Numbered from the stretch's first letter, positions 1 to 10,932 are shown. The stretch is 64,000 nucleotides of DNA from Oscillospiraceae bacterium (GCA_015068085.1 SVLF01000007.1:6361-70360); one strand, 5' to 3'. The notes: generated from the sequence alone by a model not told the origin. Translations and numbers: made by a program.

Positions 1-486
1 GCAGGTGCATACGGCGGCGAAATATCACAGGTGCTTTCAAAAAGCACCTACGTTTCTCATGACGGAATATTTACAATTCCTGTCAAAGAACATAATTTCG
101 GCTACAGAACAAGCATTTATAAGCAAAATCCTGCATTTACCGTTTTGTCCGCCGAGTTTTCCCTTTATGAAGACACCCCGGATGCAATAGCCTCAAAAAT
201 GCGTGAGCTTGCCGAGCGCCGGCGTGAAAAACAGCCGTTGGAATTTCCAAGTGCCGGAAGCGTTTTCAAGCGTCCCGAAGGGCATTTTGCCGGAGCATTG
301 ATCGAACAATGCGGTCTCAAAGGCTTTTCAATCGGCGGTGCTGAGGTTTCCGAAAAACACGCAGGCTTTATCATAAACCGCGGCGATGCAACTGCCGATG
401 ACGTTAAAAGGCTTGTTGAACATATAAAGAATACCGTTTTGAAAGAGACCGGCGTAACACTTGAATGTGAAATCTGTTTTGTATAA
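1..486 (+). CDS. murB: UDP-N-acetylmuramate dehydrogenase, C-terminal part (5' truncated by window)
   Basis: QPLEFPSAGSVFKRP, IGGAEVSEKHAGFIIN and terminal LECEI motifs of the MurB C-domain. Confidence 0.95.
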   Translation, partial: AGAYGGEISQVLSKSTYVSHDGIFTIPVKEHNFGYRTSIYKQNPAFTVLSAEFSLYEDTPDAIASKMRELAERRREKQPLEFPSAGSVFKRPEGHFAGALIEQCGLKGFSIGGAEVSEKHAGFIINRGDATADDVKRLVEHIKNTVLKETGVTLECEICFV

Positions 487-502
487 AGGAATGTGAAAGA
501 GT

Positions 503-1363
503 ATGGATTTTTTCATAATATCGGGGATGTCCGGTGCCGGTAAAAGCCGTGCTGCATCGGTTCTCGAGGATATGGGGTTTTACTGCGTTGACAATATGCC
601 GCCGGAGCTTATCCCGAAGTTTGCGGAAATGTGCATTGCCGCAAACAGCCGTTTTTCTCAGGTTGCACTTGTTACGGACATCCGCGCCGGAATTGATTTT
701 TCTGCGCTTTTTGAAGCACTTGACAGCATAAAAACACTTGACTGCAATTATAAAATTCTTTATTTTGAAGCTTCAACCGATGTTATCATAAAGCGGTATA
801 AAGAAACCCGCAGGCGTCACCCGCTCTTTGAAGAGGGCGTTTCAATCGGAAAGACAATAGAAAAAGAGACAGAAATGCTTGCAGGGGTTCGCGCACGGGC
901 AGATTATATAATCGACACCACTGCGCTCACCTCTCTCAATCTGCGCTCACGGCTTATCCAGTTTTTCGATGATAACACCCTGCGCGACCAGTCTATGATT
1001 GTTAACGTTTCATCCTTCGGCTTCAAATACGGTATTCCGGCAGATGCAGACCTTGTTTTTGATGTGCGTTTTCTGCCGAATCCGTACTACGATATCTCTC
1101 TCCGTCCTAAAACCGGACTTGACAAAGAGGTTTATGACTATGTGATGAAATTCCGCCAGACGCAGGACTTTCTTTCCCACCTTTACAGCATGACGGATTA
1201 TCTCATTCCGCAATACGTAGAAGAAGGCAAAACCTCGCTCAACATTGCTATCGGCTGTACCGGCGGCAAGCACCGCTCGGTTACACTTTGCGAAGCACTT
1301 GGGGACCATATTGCAGCGCTCGGCTACAGAACGGTTAAGATGCACCGCGATGCATCAAGATAA
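503..1363 (+). CDS. rapZ: RNase adapter RapZ / YvcJ P-loop protein
   Basis: GMSGAGKS Walker A, SFGFKYG, DVRFLPNP, IGCTGGKHRSV. Confidence 0.95.
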   Translation: MDFFIISGMSGAGKSRAASVLEDMGFYCVDNMPPELIPKFAEMCIAANSRFSQVALVTDIRAGIDFSALFEALDSIKTLDCNYKILYFEASTDVIIKRYKETRRRHPLFEEGVSIGKTIEKETEMLAGVRARADYIIDTTALTSLNLRSRLIQFFDDNTLRDQSMIVNVSSFGFKYGIPADADLVFDVRFLPNPYYDISLRPKTGLDKEVYDYVMKFRQTQDFLSHLYSMTDYLIPQYVEEGKTSLNIAIGCTGGKHRSVTLCEALGDHIAALGYRTVKMHRDASR

Positions 1364-1385
1364 TTCATCTTTGGGAGATTATAAA

Positions 1386-2366
1386 ATGAATCCTGAAAAT
1401 TCAATCGGTCACGGCATTGTCGCCATTGGCGGAGGAACAGGGCTTTCCACAATGCTTCGCGGCCTGAAAAAGCACATTGACGATATAACGGCAATTGTTG
1501 CGGTTTCCGACGATGGCGGAGGAAGCGGGGTTCTTCGGACTGACCTTAATATGCTCCCTCCCGGAGATATACGCAACTGTATCATAGCCCTTTCAAACAC
1601 AGAACAGCTTATGTCCCGTCTTTTGTCACACCGTTTTCACGAGGGTTTGCTTGACGGGCAGAGCTTCGGGAATTTATTTTTGGCGGCACTCAATCAGGTG
1701 ACCGGGTCTTTTTACCAGTCTGTGCGCTATATGAGCGATGTTCTGGCAATAACCGGGCGGGTTCTCCCCGTCACCACGGAGGATGTGCACATAGAAGCAG
1801 AATTCGAAAACGGTGCTGTTGTTCGCGGCGAATCCAATATAAACACACAGAAAAAACTTCTGGACAGCCCCATCCGCCACATCCGTATGATACCGGAGCA
1901 TCCGAAGGCACTTTCCGACACCATAAGCGCAATAACAAATGCACGCCTTCTTATCTTCGGTCCCGGAAGCCTGTATACAAGTATAATACCGAATCTCCTC
2001 GTTGACGGAATCGTTGATGCCGTCCGTGCATCAAATGCACGAAAGGTCTACATATGCAATGTGATGACCCAGGACGGCGAAACGGAAAACTATACTGCAA
2101 CTGACCACATAAAAGCCCTTTTCGACCATTCCTATGACGGGCTTTTTGACACGTGCATCGCAAACAATGCCGAAATCTCGCGCGAGCTTATAAAAAAATA
2201 TGCCGCAGAGGGTGCAGAGCCAATGCCGATTAATGAAGAGGATTTTGAAAAGATGGGCATAAAGCTTATCCTCAAGCCACTGATTTCAGAAAACACACCG
2301 CTTGCACGCCACGACCCGGCAAGACTCGCCGAGGTTATTATGGATGTGTATAACGGGAAACTATAA
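1386..2366 (+). CDS. yvcK: YvcK/CofD-family gluconeogenesis factor
   Basis: IGGGTGLS, DDGGGSG, PPGDIRNC, GPGSLYTSIIPNLLV, RHDP; conserved rapZ-yvcK-whiA order; start moved to ATG 1386 after GGGAG. Confidence 0.93.
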   Translation: MNPENSIGHGIVAIGGGTGLSTMLRGLKKHIDDITAIVAVSDDGGGSGVLRTDLNMLPPGDIRNCIIALSNTEQLMSRLLSHRFHEGLLDGQSFGNLFLAALNQVTGSFYQSVRYMSDVLAITGRVLPVTTEDVHIEAEFENGAVVRGESNINTQKKLLDSPIRHIRMIPEHPKALSDTISAITNARLLIFGPGSLYTSIIPNLLVDGIVDAVRASNARKVYICNVMTQDGETENYTATDHIKALFDHSYDGLFDTCIANNAEISRELIKKYAAEGAEPMPINEEDFEKMGIKLILKPLISENTPLARHDPARLAEVIMDVYNGKL

Positions 2367-2391
2367 CACGCGAAAAGGATTGGTCATAAAA

Positions 2392-3315
2392 ATGACTTTT
2401 TCTGCAAGGATAAAAGAAGAGCTGTGCTCTTTGCCAATAAAGAATGCTGAAGCCGCACTTGCAGAGCTGTGCGGTATGGTGCTTTTTGCAAACGCAACCA
2501 AAAGCACTAAAATCAAGCTCACAACGGAAAACAAAAGCATTGCGCACCGTGCATCATGGCTTTTGAAAAGCCTTTTCGGATTTGATTTTGACAAAAAAAT
2601 CGTTCCCGTCGGGAGTATCAGAAAATTCAGCCTGATAATTGAAAATGCCGACAAGCTTCACGAAATATTTGACGCGTTCGGGACTGACCCGAAAATTTCA
2701 ATCCGCTTAAACGCTGCCATTGCGGAAACGGATGAGGCTCGCGCCGCGTTCTGCCGCGGAGCCTTCCTTACCGGCGGCTCGGTAACGGACCCCGAAACAG
2801 GCTATCACCTTGAGCTTGTAACATCACACAACAACTTAAGCCGCGAGGTTATCTCTCTGCTATTTGAGCTTGAGCTTCCCGCAAAGCTTGCGGCAAGAAA
2901 ATCGAACAACATAATCTATTTAAAAGAAAGCGGACATATAGAGGATTTTCTCACCCGCATAGGTGCGCCGCTTTCCGCGCTTGACCTTATGCAGACAAAG
3001 CTTTTGAAGGACGTAAGAAACAAGATCAACCGAAAGGTAAACTGCGAGGTCGCCAATATGACGAAAACCGCAGATGCCGCAAAAGCCCAGCTCCACGCAA
3101 TAAAAATCATCAGGGAACACACAGGGCTTGAAGCACTTACGCCTCAGCTTTACGATGCGGCAATTCTCCGCACGGAAAACCCGGAGCTTTCCCTTTCCGA
3201 GCTTGTAAAGCTCTCCGGAGGGAAAGTCGGGCGCTCGGGTCTTAACCACAGATTAAACAAGCTTATCGCAATTTCAGAGGATATTTTATCACGAAAGGAT
3301 GCACAGAACAAATGA
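2392..3315 (+). CDS. whiA: DNA-binding protein WhiA
   Basis: RGAFLTGGSVTDP, YHLE, RNKINRKVNCEVAN, SGLNHRL; synteny. Confidence 0.95.
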   Translation: MTFSARIKEELCSLPIKNAEAALAELCGMVLFANATKSTKIKLTTENKSIAHRASWLLKSLFGFDFDKKIVPVGSIRKFSLIIENADKLHEIFDAFGTDPKISIRLNAAIAETDEARAAFCRGAFLTGGSVTDPETGYHLELVTSHNNLSREVISLLFELELPAKLAARKSNNIIYLKESGHIEDFLTRIGAPLSALDLMQTKLLKDVRNKINRKVNCEVANMTKTADAAKAQLHAIKIIREHTGLEALTPQLYDAAILRTENPELSLSELVKLSGGKVGRSGLNHRLNKLIAISEDILSRKDAQNK

Positions 3316-6300
3316 GTGGCTTTGTACATCTTCATGTTCACAGCGAATACAGTCTTCTCGACGGCGCCTGCCGTATAAACCGACTTTGCGAGCGCGCAAA
3401 GCAGCTCGGTCAGCCTGCCGTTGCCATAACCGACCACGGAGTAATGTACGGGATTATCGACTTTTACCGTGCGGCGAAGGCGGCGGGGATAAAGCCCATT
3501 ATCGGCTGTGAAGTGTATATGGCTCCGCGCTCTATGACGGATAAAGAAGGCTCTGCCGACAGAGAGCCTGCCCACCTTGTTCTTCTCTGCAAAAACGAAA
3601 CCGGATATAAAAATCTTATTCATCTCGTCAGTGCATCCTTTATGGAAGGCTTTTACGGCAAGCCGAGAATAGACCTCGATATCCTGAGAAAGCACTCTGA
3701 AGGGCTCATCTGCCTTTCTGCGTGTATTGCAGGGACGATTCCGCGCCTTATTCTGCGCGGTGACTTTGACGGTGCTCTTGAATATGCAAAAGAGCTTTAC
3801 ACAATCTTCGGAACGGATAATTTTTATCTTGAAATACAGGACCACGGCATTGAGGAGCAAAGAGTCGTCAACCGTGAAATAGTCAGAATCTCACGTGAAA
3901 CAGGAATCCCGCTCGTTGCAACGAATGACGCGCATTACGTAACACGCGAGGATGCGTATATTCAGGACGTTCTGATGTGCATACAAATGAACAAATCCGT
4001 CAGTGACCCCAGCAGAATGAAGTTTGCAACAAACGAGTTTTTCATCAAGAGCGAGGAGGAAATGCGCGACCTTTTCCCTCTGCAGCCGGAAGCGCTTGAA
4101 AACACACTGAAAATCGCCGAAATGTGCAATCTTGAGTTTGAATTCGGCAAGCATCACTTGCCTGAATACGACACACCAAAGGAATATGCAGACTCGCTTG
4201 CATATCTTAAGCATCTTGCAAACGACGGCTTTTCCCGCCGCTATCCCGACACCCCCGCGGGATACAGAGAACGCCTTGATTATGAGCTTGATATGATTAC
4301 CCGTATGGGATATGTCGACTATTTTCTCATCGTGTGGGATTTTATAAATTATGCACGCTCTCAGGATATACCGGTAGGACCCGGACGCGGAAGCGCCGCC
4401 GGAAGTATCGTTTCATACTGCCTCGGCATCACGAACATTGACCCGATGAAGTATAACCTGTACTTCGAGCGCTTTCTTAATCCGGAAAGAATAAGCATGC
4501 CGGATATCGACGTTGACTTTTGCTACGAACGGCGTCAGGAGGTAATTGACTACGTTGTGCGCAAATACGGCGAGAAGCGTGTTGCGCAGATAGTCACCTT
4601 CGGTACAATGGCGGCACGCGGCTCCATCCGTGACGTTGCGCGCGTTCTTGACTTTCCGTATAACGAAGCCGACACAATTGCGAAAAACGTGCCGAACGAG
4701 CTTCATATGACGCTTGAAAAGGCGCTTAAGGTTTCAAAGCCGTTCCACGATTTTTACGAAGCGGACGAAAAATACAAAAAGCTTATCGATACCGCCATTG
4801 CAATTGAAGGTATGCCGAGGCATGCCTCTACCCACGCAGCAGGCGTTGTCATCACAAAAAACGCAGTTTCGTCCTACGTTCCCCTTGCCAGAAACGACGA
4901 AGCGGCGGTAACGCAGTTTACAATGGTCACGCTTGAGGAGCTTGGTCTTCTCAAAATGGACTTTTTGGGGCTTCGCAACCTTACCGTGCTCCACGATGCA
5001 GAGGTGCTTGTGCGCAAGCACACGCCCGCCTTTTCATTATCCGATATTCCCGACAATGACGAGCTGACCTTCCGCGAGCTTTCTCTCGGTCACACGGCAG
5101 GTGTTTTCCAGCTTGAAAGCCAAGGCATGACGTCTGTTGTCGTAGGAATGAAGCCGCAGTCAATAGAAGATATCACCGCTATTGTTGCACTTTACCGCCC
5201 CGGTCCGATGGACTCTATTCCCCACTATATAAGTTGTAAAAACAATCCCGAAAACATAAAATATCAGCATCCGATGCTGAAGGAAATTCTCGAGGTTACC
5301 TACGGCTGTATCGTTTATCAGGAGCAGGTTATGGACATTTTCCGCAAGCTTGCCGGATATTCGCTCGGACGAGCCGATATGGTTCGCCGCGCTATTTCCA
5401 AGAAGAAAGAAAAGGACCTTCTCCGCGAGAGACAGAACTTTGTTTACGGAAACGAGCAAGACGGCATCGCAGGTGCCATCAATAACGGAATTCCCGAAGA
5501 TGTCGCAAACAAGATATTCGATGATATCGTCGCATTTGCAAACTATGCGTTCAATAAGGCACACGCCGCAGCATATGCTGTTGTTTCATATCAGACGGCG
5601 TATATGAAGTTCCATCATCCGCGTGAGTATATGGCAGCGCTTCTCACCTCCGTTCTTGACTTCACAGACAAGCTTGCCGGATATTTCGAGCTTTGCCGCG
5701 AGATGGGAATAAAGGTCCTTCCTCCGGATATCAATGAGTCCTCCGCAAGCTTCACGGTAAGCGGAGAAAATATCCGTTTCGGTCTTGCCGCAGTAAAAAA
5801 CGTCGGTCGTTCTTTTGTGAAAACACTCACCGACGAGCGCGATGCCGGAGGACCGTTCCGCTCTCTGCGTGATTTCTGTATGCGCTTGCAGTCTCGCGAG
5901 CTTAACCGACGCGCGCTTGAAAATCTTATCAAGTGCGGAGCCTTTGAAAGCACCGGTGCAAACCGCGCCCAGCTTCTTCAGGTTTATGACGGCATCTTAA
6001 ACGGAATATCCTATATGAAGAGCAAAACGATAGAAGGACAGTTTAATCTTTTCACATCCGATACAGAAAACGAAGAACCAATGTACACCGAAGATCCACT
6101 TCCGCGCATTTCTGAGTATCCGCCCAAAACAATACTGTCGTTTGAGCGCGAGACGCTCGGTATTTATCTGTCGGGACATCCTCTGGATGATTATGCTCCT
6201 CTCCTGGAAAGGCTCAGAACCGAAACTGTTTCCGATGCGCTCAACACCGAAAAGCACAACGACGGTGACAGCGTTTTTATCGCCGCCTGTGTCTCATCGG

Positions 6301-6767
6301 TGCGTCTTAAGGCAACGAAAAGCAATGCAATGATGGCTTACGCCGTATTTGAAGGAACGGTCGGCTCGATTGAGGGTATCGTTTTCCCGAAGGTACTCGA
6401 AAAGCATCAGGCTGTTCTTGAAGAGGGTGCTATTGTAGTTATCCGCGGAAGAATAAGCACTCGTGAGGATTCTGCACCCCAGCTTATATGCGACGAGCTT
6501 CACAAGATATCCGAATATGAATATATGAGCACAGACACATCCGGCACAGACAAGCTTTATCTGCGTTTTCCGTGCGAAGACTGTCAGAATGCAAAAGCAG
6601 TCAAAGCAATGACAACGGCGTTTCCCGGAAAGCTTGAAACGATAATGTATTTCGAGGACACAAAAAAGCGTGTCCGGACGCATATGGCAAATGATATAAT
6701 GCTCTTTAACCGTCTTCGCGAAATGCTCGGTGCAGAAAACGTTGTACTGAAAAACGCCGGAGATTAG
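3312..6767 (+). CDS. dnaE: DNA polymerase III alpha subunit
   Basis: HLHVHSEYSLLDG PHP domain, GPGRGSAAGS, PDIDVDF, KMDFLGL, FNKAHAAAY. Confidence 0.98.
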   Translation: MSGFVHLHVHSEYSLLDGACRINRLCERAKQLGQPAVAITDHGVMYGIIDFYRAAKAAGIKPIIGCEVYMAPRSMTDKEGSADREPAHLVLLCKNETGYKNLIHLVSASFMEGFYGKPRIDLDILRKHSEGLICLSACIAGTIPRLILRGDFDGALEYAKELYTIFGTDNFYLEIQDHGIEEQRVVNREIVRISRETGIPLVATNDAHYVTREDAYIQDVLMCIQMNKSVSDPSRMKFATNEFFIKSEEEMRDLFPLQPEALENTLKIAEMCNLEFEFGKHHLPEYDTPKEYADSLAYLKHLANDGFSRRYPDTPAGYRERLDYELDMITRMGYVDYFLIVWDFINYARSQDIPVGPGRGSAAGSIVSYCLGITNIDPMKYNLYFERFLNPERISMPDIDVDFCYERRQEVIDYVVRKYGEKRVAQIVTFGTMAARGSIRDVARVLDFPYNEADTIAKNVPNELHMTLEKALKVSKPFHDFYEADEKYKKLIDTAIAIEGMPRHASTHAAGVVITKNAVSSYVPLARNDEAAVTQFTMVTLEELGLLKMDFLGLRNLTVLHDAEVLVRKHTPAFSLSDIPDNDELTFRELSLGHTAGVFQLESQGMTSVVVGMKPQSIEDITAIVALYRPGPMDSIPHYISCKNNPENIKYQHPMLKEILEVTYGCIVYQEQVMDIFRKLAGYSLGRADMVRRAISKKKEKDLLRERQNFVYGNEQDGIAGAINNGIPEDVANKIFDDIVAFANYAFNKAHAAAYAVVSYQTAYMKFHHPREYMAALLTSVLDFTDKLAGYFELCREMGIKVLPPDINESSASFTVSGENIRFGLAAVKNVGRSFVKTLTDERDAGGPFRSLRDFCMRLQSRELNRRALENLIKCGAFESTGANRAQLLQVYDGILNGISYMKSKTIEGQFNLFTSDTENEEPMYTEDPLPRISEYPPKTILSFERETLGIYLSGHPLDDYAPLLERLRTETVSDALNTEKHNDGDSVFIAACVSSVRLKATKSNAMMAYAVFEGTVGSIEGIVFPKVLEKHQAVLEEGAIVVIRGRISTREDSAPQLICDELHKISEYEYMSTDTSGTDKLYLRFPCEDCQNAKAVKAMTTAFPGKLETIMYFEDTKKRVRTHMANDIMLFNRLREMLGAENVVLKNAGD

Positions 6768-6870
6768 AAAGTTAAAAAATTGTCATATCATAGCTATTTA
6801 CTTTTTTAATCTTAATGGTATAATTAATATATAGAATAAGTTAGTTTTCTGTTTGAAAGGTTGATTTACT

Positions 6871-7842
6871 ATGTCAGAAATTAAAACGATAGGTGTCCTA
6901 ACAAGCGGCGGCGATGCTCCCGGAATGAATGCGGCAATCCGCGCCGTTGCACGTACAGCGGCATATCACGGCATAACCTGCCTTGGCATACGCCGCGGAT
7001 ATAACGGTCTCATAAACGGCGATGTCGTAGAACTGAACGCCCGAAGCGTTAACGGAATTATCTCCAAAGGAGGAACAATGCTCTTCACCGCGCGCTGTCC
7101 TGAGTTTATGACCCCCGAGGGAATAAAGAAGGGTGCAGATACGTGCAAATATCTCGGAATCGACGGAATTGTCACTATCGGCGGCGACGGAACCTTCCGC
7201 GGTGCACGTGACCTTGCAGCAAGCGGAGTTCATACAATCGGCGTCCCCGCAACGATTGACAATGACATTTCATCAACTGAGTACAGCATCGGCTTTGACA
7301 CAGCCTGCAATACTGCACTTGACGCAATCGACAAGCTGCGTGATACGATGCAATCCCATGAGCGTTGCTCTGTTGTTGAGGTTATGGGGCACAATGCCGG
7401 TCATCTTGCGCTTCATGTTGCAATTGCCTGCGGTGCTCAGGCTGTTCTCGTTCCCGAAAAACCGTTTGACTTCCAGCGCGATGTTGTTGAAAAAATCCGC
7501 GCAGGACGAATCAACAAACGGTCTCACTTTATCATCATTCAGGCAGAAGGCGTTGGAAACTCAGTCGACATCACAAACCGTATTATTGAAGAAACCGGTA
7601 TTGATACACGTCTCACCATTCTCGGCCACATTCAGCGCGGCGGAAGCCCAACGGCGCGCGACCGCGTTATGGCAAGCCGTTTTGGTGAATATGCAGTTCA
7701 CACACTTATGGCAGGAAAAACCAACCGCGTTGTCTGCGCACGTGACAATGATATATGTGATATTGATATAAACGAAGCCCTCGAGATGAAAAAGGATCTC
7801 CCTGAGAATATGTATATGACCTCAAAGATAATGTCGATATAA
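6871..7842 (+). CDS. pfkA: ATP-dependent 6-phosphofructokinase
   Basis: LTSGGDAPGMNA, IGGDGT, TIDNDI, VEVMG, LGHIQRGG. Confidence 0.97.
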   Translation: MSEIKTIGVLTSGGDAPGMNAAIRAVARTAAYHGITCLGIRRGYNGLINGDVVELNARSVNGIISKGGTMLFTARCPEFMTPEGIKKGADTCKYLGIDGIVTIGGDGTFRGARDLAASGVHTIGVPATIDNDISSTEYSIGFDTACNTALDAIDKLRDTMQSHERCSVVEVMGHNAGHLALHVAIACGAQAVLVPEKPFDFQRDVVEKIRAGRINKRSHFIIIQAEGVGNSVDITNRIIEETGIDTRLTILGHIQRGGSPTARDRVMASRFGEYAVHTLMAGKTNRVVCARDNDICDIDINEALEMKKDLPENMYMTSKIMSI

Positions 7843-7853
7843 CTTTAACAACT

Positions 7854-7889
7854 TTGCACCGTATGGAAAATGATTTCCATACGGTGCAA
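7854..7889. terminator. 16-bp perfect hairpin between convergent genes
   Basis: TTGCACCGTATGGAAA-ATGA-TTTCCATACGGTGCAA. Confidence 0.75.
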
Positions 7890-7932
7890 TCATTGTGCAG
7901 TATACCACAAATTACCTTTTCGAAAGCTATGC

Positions 7933-9231
7933 TCAGTATTCAAATCCCAGACTTTTTGCATACTCTGATACACTTTCAACCGTTCCCTGCTTGCGCGCTT
8001 TTTCTGCGGCAAAAGCTATTATATGGTTTTGAGTCGAAATATCAATATCAGCAGCACAAAATCCCTTATATTCTCCGTTAAAATATTCATAGAGTTCATA
8101 TATAATGCCGGTATCTCCGCCACCGTGTCCTCCCTCTATGCTTTCCTCTGTCCATTCAACAGATAGATTTATTTTCTTTCTGTCCTCAAATGTGAAAACT
8201 GTAATTTCCGTATCACTTGCATTTGCATATAGCTCGCCTTTTGTTCCAAAAATGCGGATATAGCGTCCGCCTTCATTAAATGCGTTCATTGTAAGAGATG
8301 CCGTAACTCCTCCTTCAAACTGCATGTTTACAATCTGATGGTCAACAACATCGTTCCCCGCATGATATACACACGCTCCATAGTTGGAGTTCCTTATGCC
8401 TGCAAGCACTTCTTCATCCAGCGGAGGATCATTTTCCGAATATCCTTTTGATGCTGCCCAGCGGCAAAATCCCAACGGGCATTTTTCAGAAAAATAAATT
8501 TTGTTGATATCATACGGACATTCCTCCCTTACAGGACAAAAAGTGTCCACACAACGCAAAGGTGCATTTTCAGGTGCGCGTTCAGGCTTAAAATACGTCA
8601 ATTCGCCAAAAGAAGATACTTTTTCACACGGTCGGTTAATCAGCCATTGAATAATATCAACATCATGACAACATTTCGCAAGAAGCATCGGCGTGGTTTC
8701 ATCTTCACACTTCCAATTTCCTCTTACATAGCTGTGACTATGATGTACATTCCCGACACCTTCAACAGCCAGCACAGACATTACATCTCCGATCAATCCA
8801 TCCATCACAGCCGTTTTCACGGTTTTATAAAATGGTGTATATCTGAGGACATGGCAAACTAAAACTTTCACACCCTTTTTCTTCGCCGCCGTTGCAATCG
8901 CAATGCATTCTTCTGCAGTCTGGGCAATCGGCTTTTCTAAAAGCAAATTATACCCGCATTCTATTGCAGCCAACGCAGGTTCCAGATGCATTTCATCCAA
9001 TGTTGCGATTATCGCTACATCCGCCAATCTGGGTAATGAAAGAAGTTCGTTATAGTTTGCAAAGCAATTTTCTTCCGGAATACTGAACATTTCTTTTATA
9101 TGTCTTCTGCGCGATTCAATCGGTTCCGCAACTCCCACAACATCAAACATATCGGGAAGCTTCTTCATATTTTCGACATACGTTGTTCCCCTGCTTCCGG
9201 CACCTACCAGGATAACAGTAAGTTTTTTCAA
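7933..9231 (-). CDS. Gfo/Idh/MocA-family oxidoreductase
   Basis: VGAGSRG Rossmann fold, LLEKP, CHVLRY, KCCHDVD, GHGGGD; probable TTG start at 9231. Confidence 0.9.
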   Translation of the reverse strand: MKKLTVILVGAGSRGTTYVENMKKLPDMFDVVGVAEPIESRRRHIKEMFSIPEENCFANYNELLSLPRLADVAIIATLDEMHLEPALAAIECGYNLLLEKPIAQTAEECIAIATAAKKKGVKVLVCHVLRYTPFYKTVKTAVMDGLIGDVMSVLAVEGVGNVHHSHSYVRGNWKCEDETTPMLLAKCCHDVDIIQWLINRPCEKVSSFGELTYFKPERAPENAPLRCVDTFCPVREECPYDINKIYFSEKCPLGFCRWAASKGYSENDPPLDEEVLAGIRNSNYGACVYHAGNDVVDHQIVNMQFEGGVTASLTMNAFNEGGRYIRIFGTKGELYANASDTEITVFTFEDRKKINLSVEWTEESIEGGHGGGDTGIIYELYEYFNGEYKGFCAADIDISTQNHIIAFAAEKARKQGTVESVSEYAKSLGFEY

Positions 9232-9345
9232 AACAACCACTCTTTTCTTGACATATTTTTTATTATATGATAGCATAAAAGAGTGGTTCTTCATAGAACA
9301 AAAACGCGCCATTTTAGCATTATATTGATTTTTCAGGTGATTTCT

Positions 9346-10160
9346 ATGCAATTTGAATATTTAGAAAGGACTCCTGTAGCATACAGTCCTTCTGCCGTAA
9401 AAGTGCTTCGCTTTTCACCAAAAGCCGGAAGCAATTGCTTTCGGCTGCACTGGCATGACCGTATTGAAATAATATATTTAAAACGCGGTCTGGTCGAATT
9501 CATCTGCGGAGCTCAAAGCGGCACGTTAAAAGAAGGATGCGCACTTATCGTTCCGCCACGCTCCGTTCATCATATGAAAGCGGTAAGCGATTCCGCATAT
9601 GATACGTTAATGTTTGATGTAAGATTTTTTTATAACGAAACTGAAATATGTAAAAACCTCCTGCCCTGTTTTATGAAAAACAGCGCAAAATACGAAAATA
9701 TCTGTACATCAAAAAAGTTCTTTCATGCATAAACAGACTGTGCAACGAAGTCAACACCGACACATTGAATGCCGTTTGCGAAGTTTATCGTTTACTTCAT
9801 TTGCTTATTGAAGAAAAAATTGTAGTTGTTTCAGACGAGAAAAAGAACGATGATGTTTCTCGTATAACCGAATATCTTGAGCAGAATTTTGCAGAAAGCA
9901 TAACATCACAACAGTTAAGTGAGCAATTCGGATATACTGCAGCTCATCTATGTCGCAAATTTAAAAAGGAAATCGGTCTGCCTCCATTAACGTATCTTAA
10001 AATTTACAGACTTGAACGTGCATATAACCTGATTACAGAAAGCACCCTCCCAATATCTGACATAGCCGAAAACAGCGGATTTGATGATCCCAACTATTTC
10101 ACACGCTGTTTCACTGCCCACTTCGGTCATCCTCCCTCTTATTATCGGAAGAAGCAATAA
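9346..10160 (+). pseudogene. AraC-family regulator split by a -1 frameshift at about 9711-9717
   Basis: Cupin half (LHWHDRIE) ends at 9732; HTH half (SGFDDPNYFTRCF...PSYYR) continues open in the -1 frame; joined length about 270 aa. Could be a sequencing indel or recoding. Confidence 0.75.
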
Positions 10161-10322
10161 TCACTATGCCAAAAAGATGGCGCTGTTATTTAATCATCAA
10201 AAAAACAACCAAAAAACAACGCTTTCAGCGTTGTTCTAATGCTATTTGCTTGTTCAAAGATTTTGCAAAAAACTCTATACTAATAGCAACGAATCAACGC
10301 TATTGGTATTGGAGGATACACA

Positions 10323-10643
10323 ATGGATAAAATTGTATTAGGCGCAAGAATCCGCGAAGCGCGCAATAAATGTAAATTCACACAAGAAGTTCTGGCAGAA
10401 AAAGCAGATATCGGTGTTATGTATCTCGGCGAAATCGAACGCGGAATAAAAATGCCAAGCCTCAATGTATTTATTCGCCTTGTCGAGGCTCTCAACATTT
10501 CTGCAGACTATATTCTTCGGGATGAACTAAGCTCAGGCAGGGATTTTGTTTTTGACGAGCTTACAGCTAAACTCTCCCCGCTTACTCCTAAGCAACGCAA
10601 AGCTGCTTCGGACATATTAGATGCTTTTATAAGAAATTTGTAA
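10323..10643 (+). CDS. XRE-family HTH regulator
   Basis: TQEVLAEKADI...YLGEIERG.KMPS; GGAGG SD. Confidence 0.9.
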   Translation: MDKIVLGARIREARNKCKFTQEVLAEKADIGVMYLGEIERGIKMPSLNVFIRLVEALNISADYILRDELSSGRDFVFDELTAKLSPLTPKQRKAASDILDAFIRNL

Positions 10644-10665
10644 TATACTGTTGCATTTTACATAA

Positions 10666-10682
10666 TTCGACTATTTTCGACA
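10666..10682 (-). promoter_or_regulatory. Tandem Spo0A boxes upstream of abrB-like gene
   Basis: TTCGACT-att-TTCGACA, reverse complement of TGTCGAA/AGTCGAA with a 3-bp gap, as at Bacillus abrB. Confidence 0.55.
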
Positions 10683-10758
10683 TAAAGATATGTTATCATT
10701 AGCATATAGCATTGAGCACACGCTATATGCTAATGTTTTTTTCAGGAGGACCATCTCA

Positions 10759-10932
10759 ATGAAACAAATAGGAATAATAAGGAAAACTGATAAACTCGGA
10801 AGAATCGTTATACCGAAAGAAATACGAGATTTTTTCGACATTGACATCTGCGAGCCTGTCGAAATTCTCGCTACCGAAAACGGAGTTCTTATACGAAAAG
10901 CAAATTACAAGCTTGAAAAAATCCAGCAATGA
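10759..10932 (+). CDS. AbrB/MazE/SpoVT-family DNA-binding protein
   Basis: GIIRKTDKLGRIVIPKEIR; AGGAGG SD. Confidence 0.88.
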   Translation: MKQIGIIRKTDKLGRIVIPKEIRDFFDIDICEPVEILATENGVLIRKANYKLEKIQQ

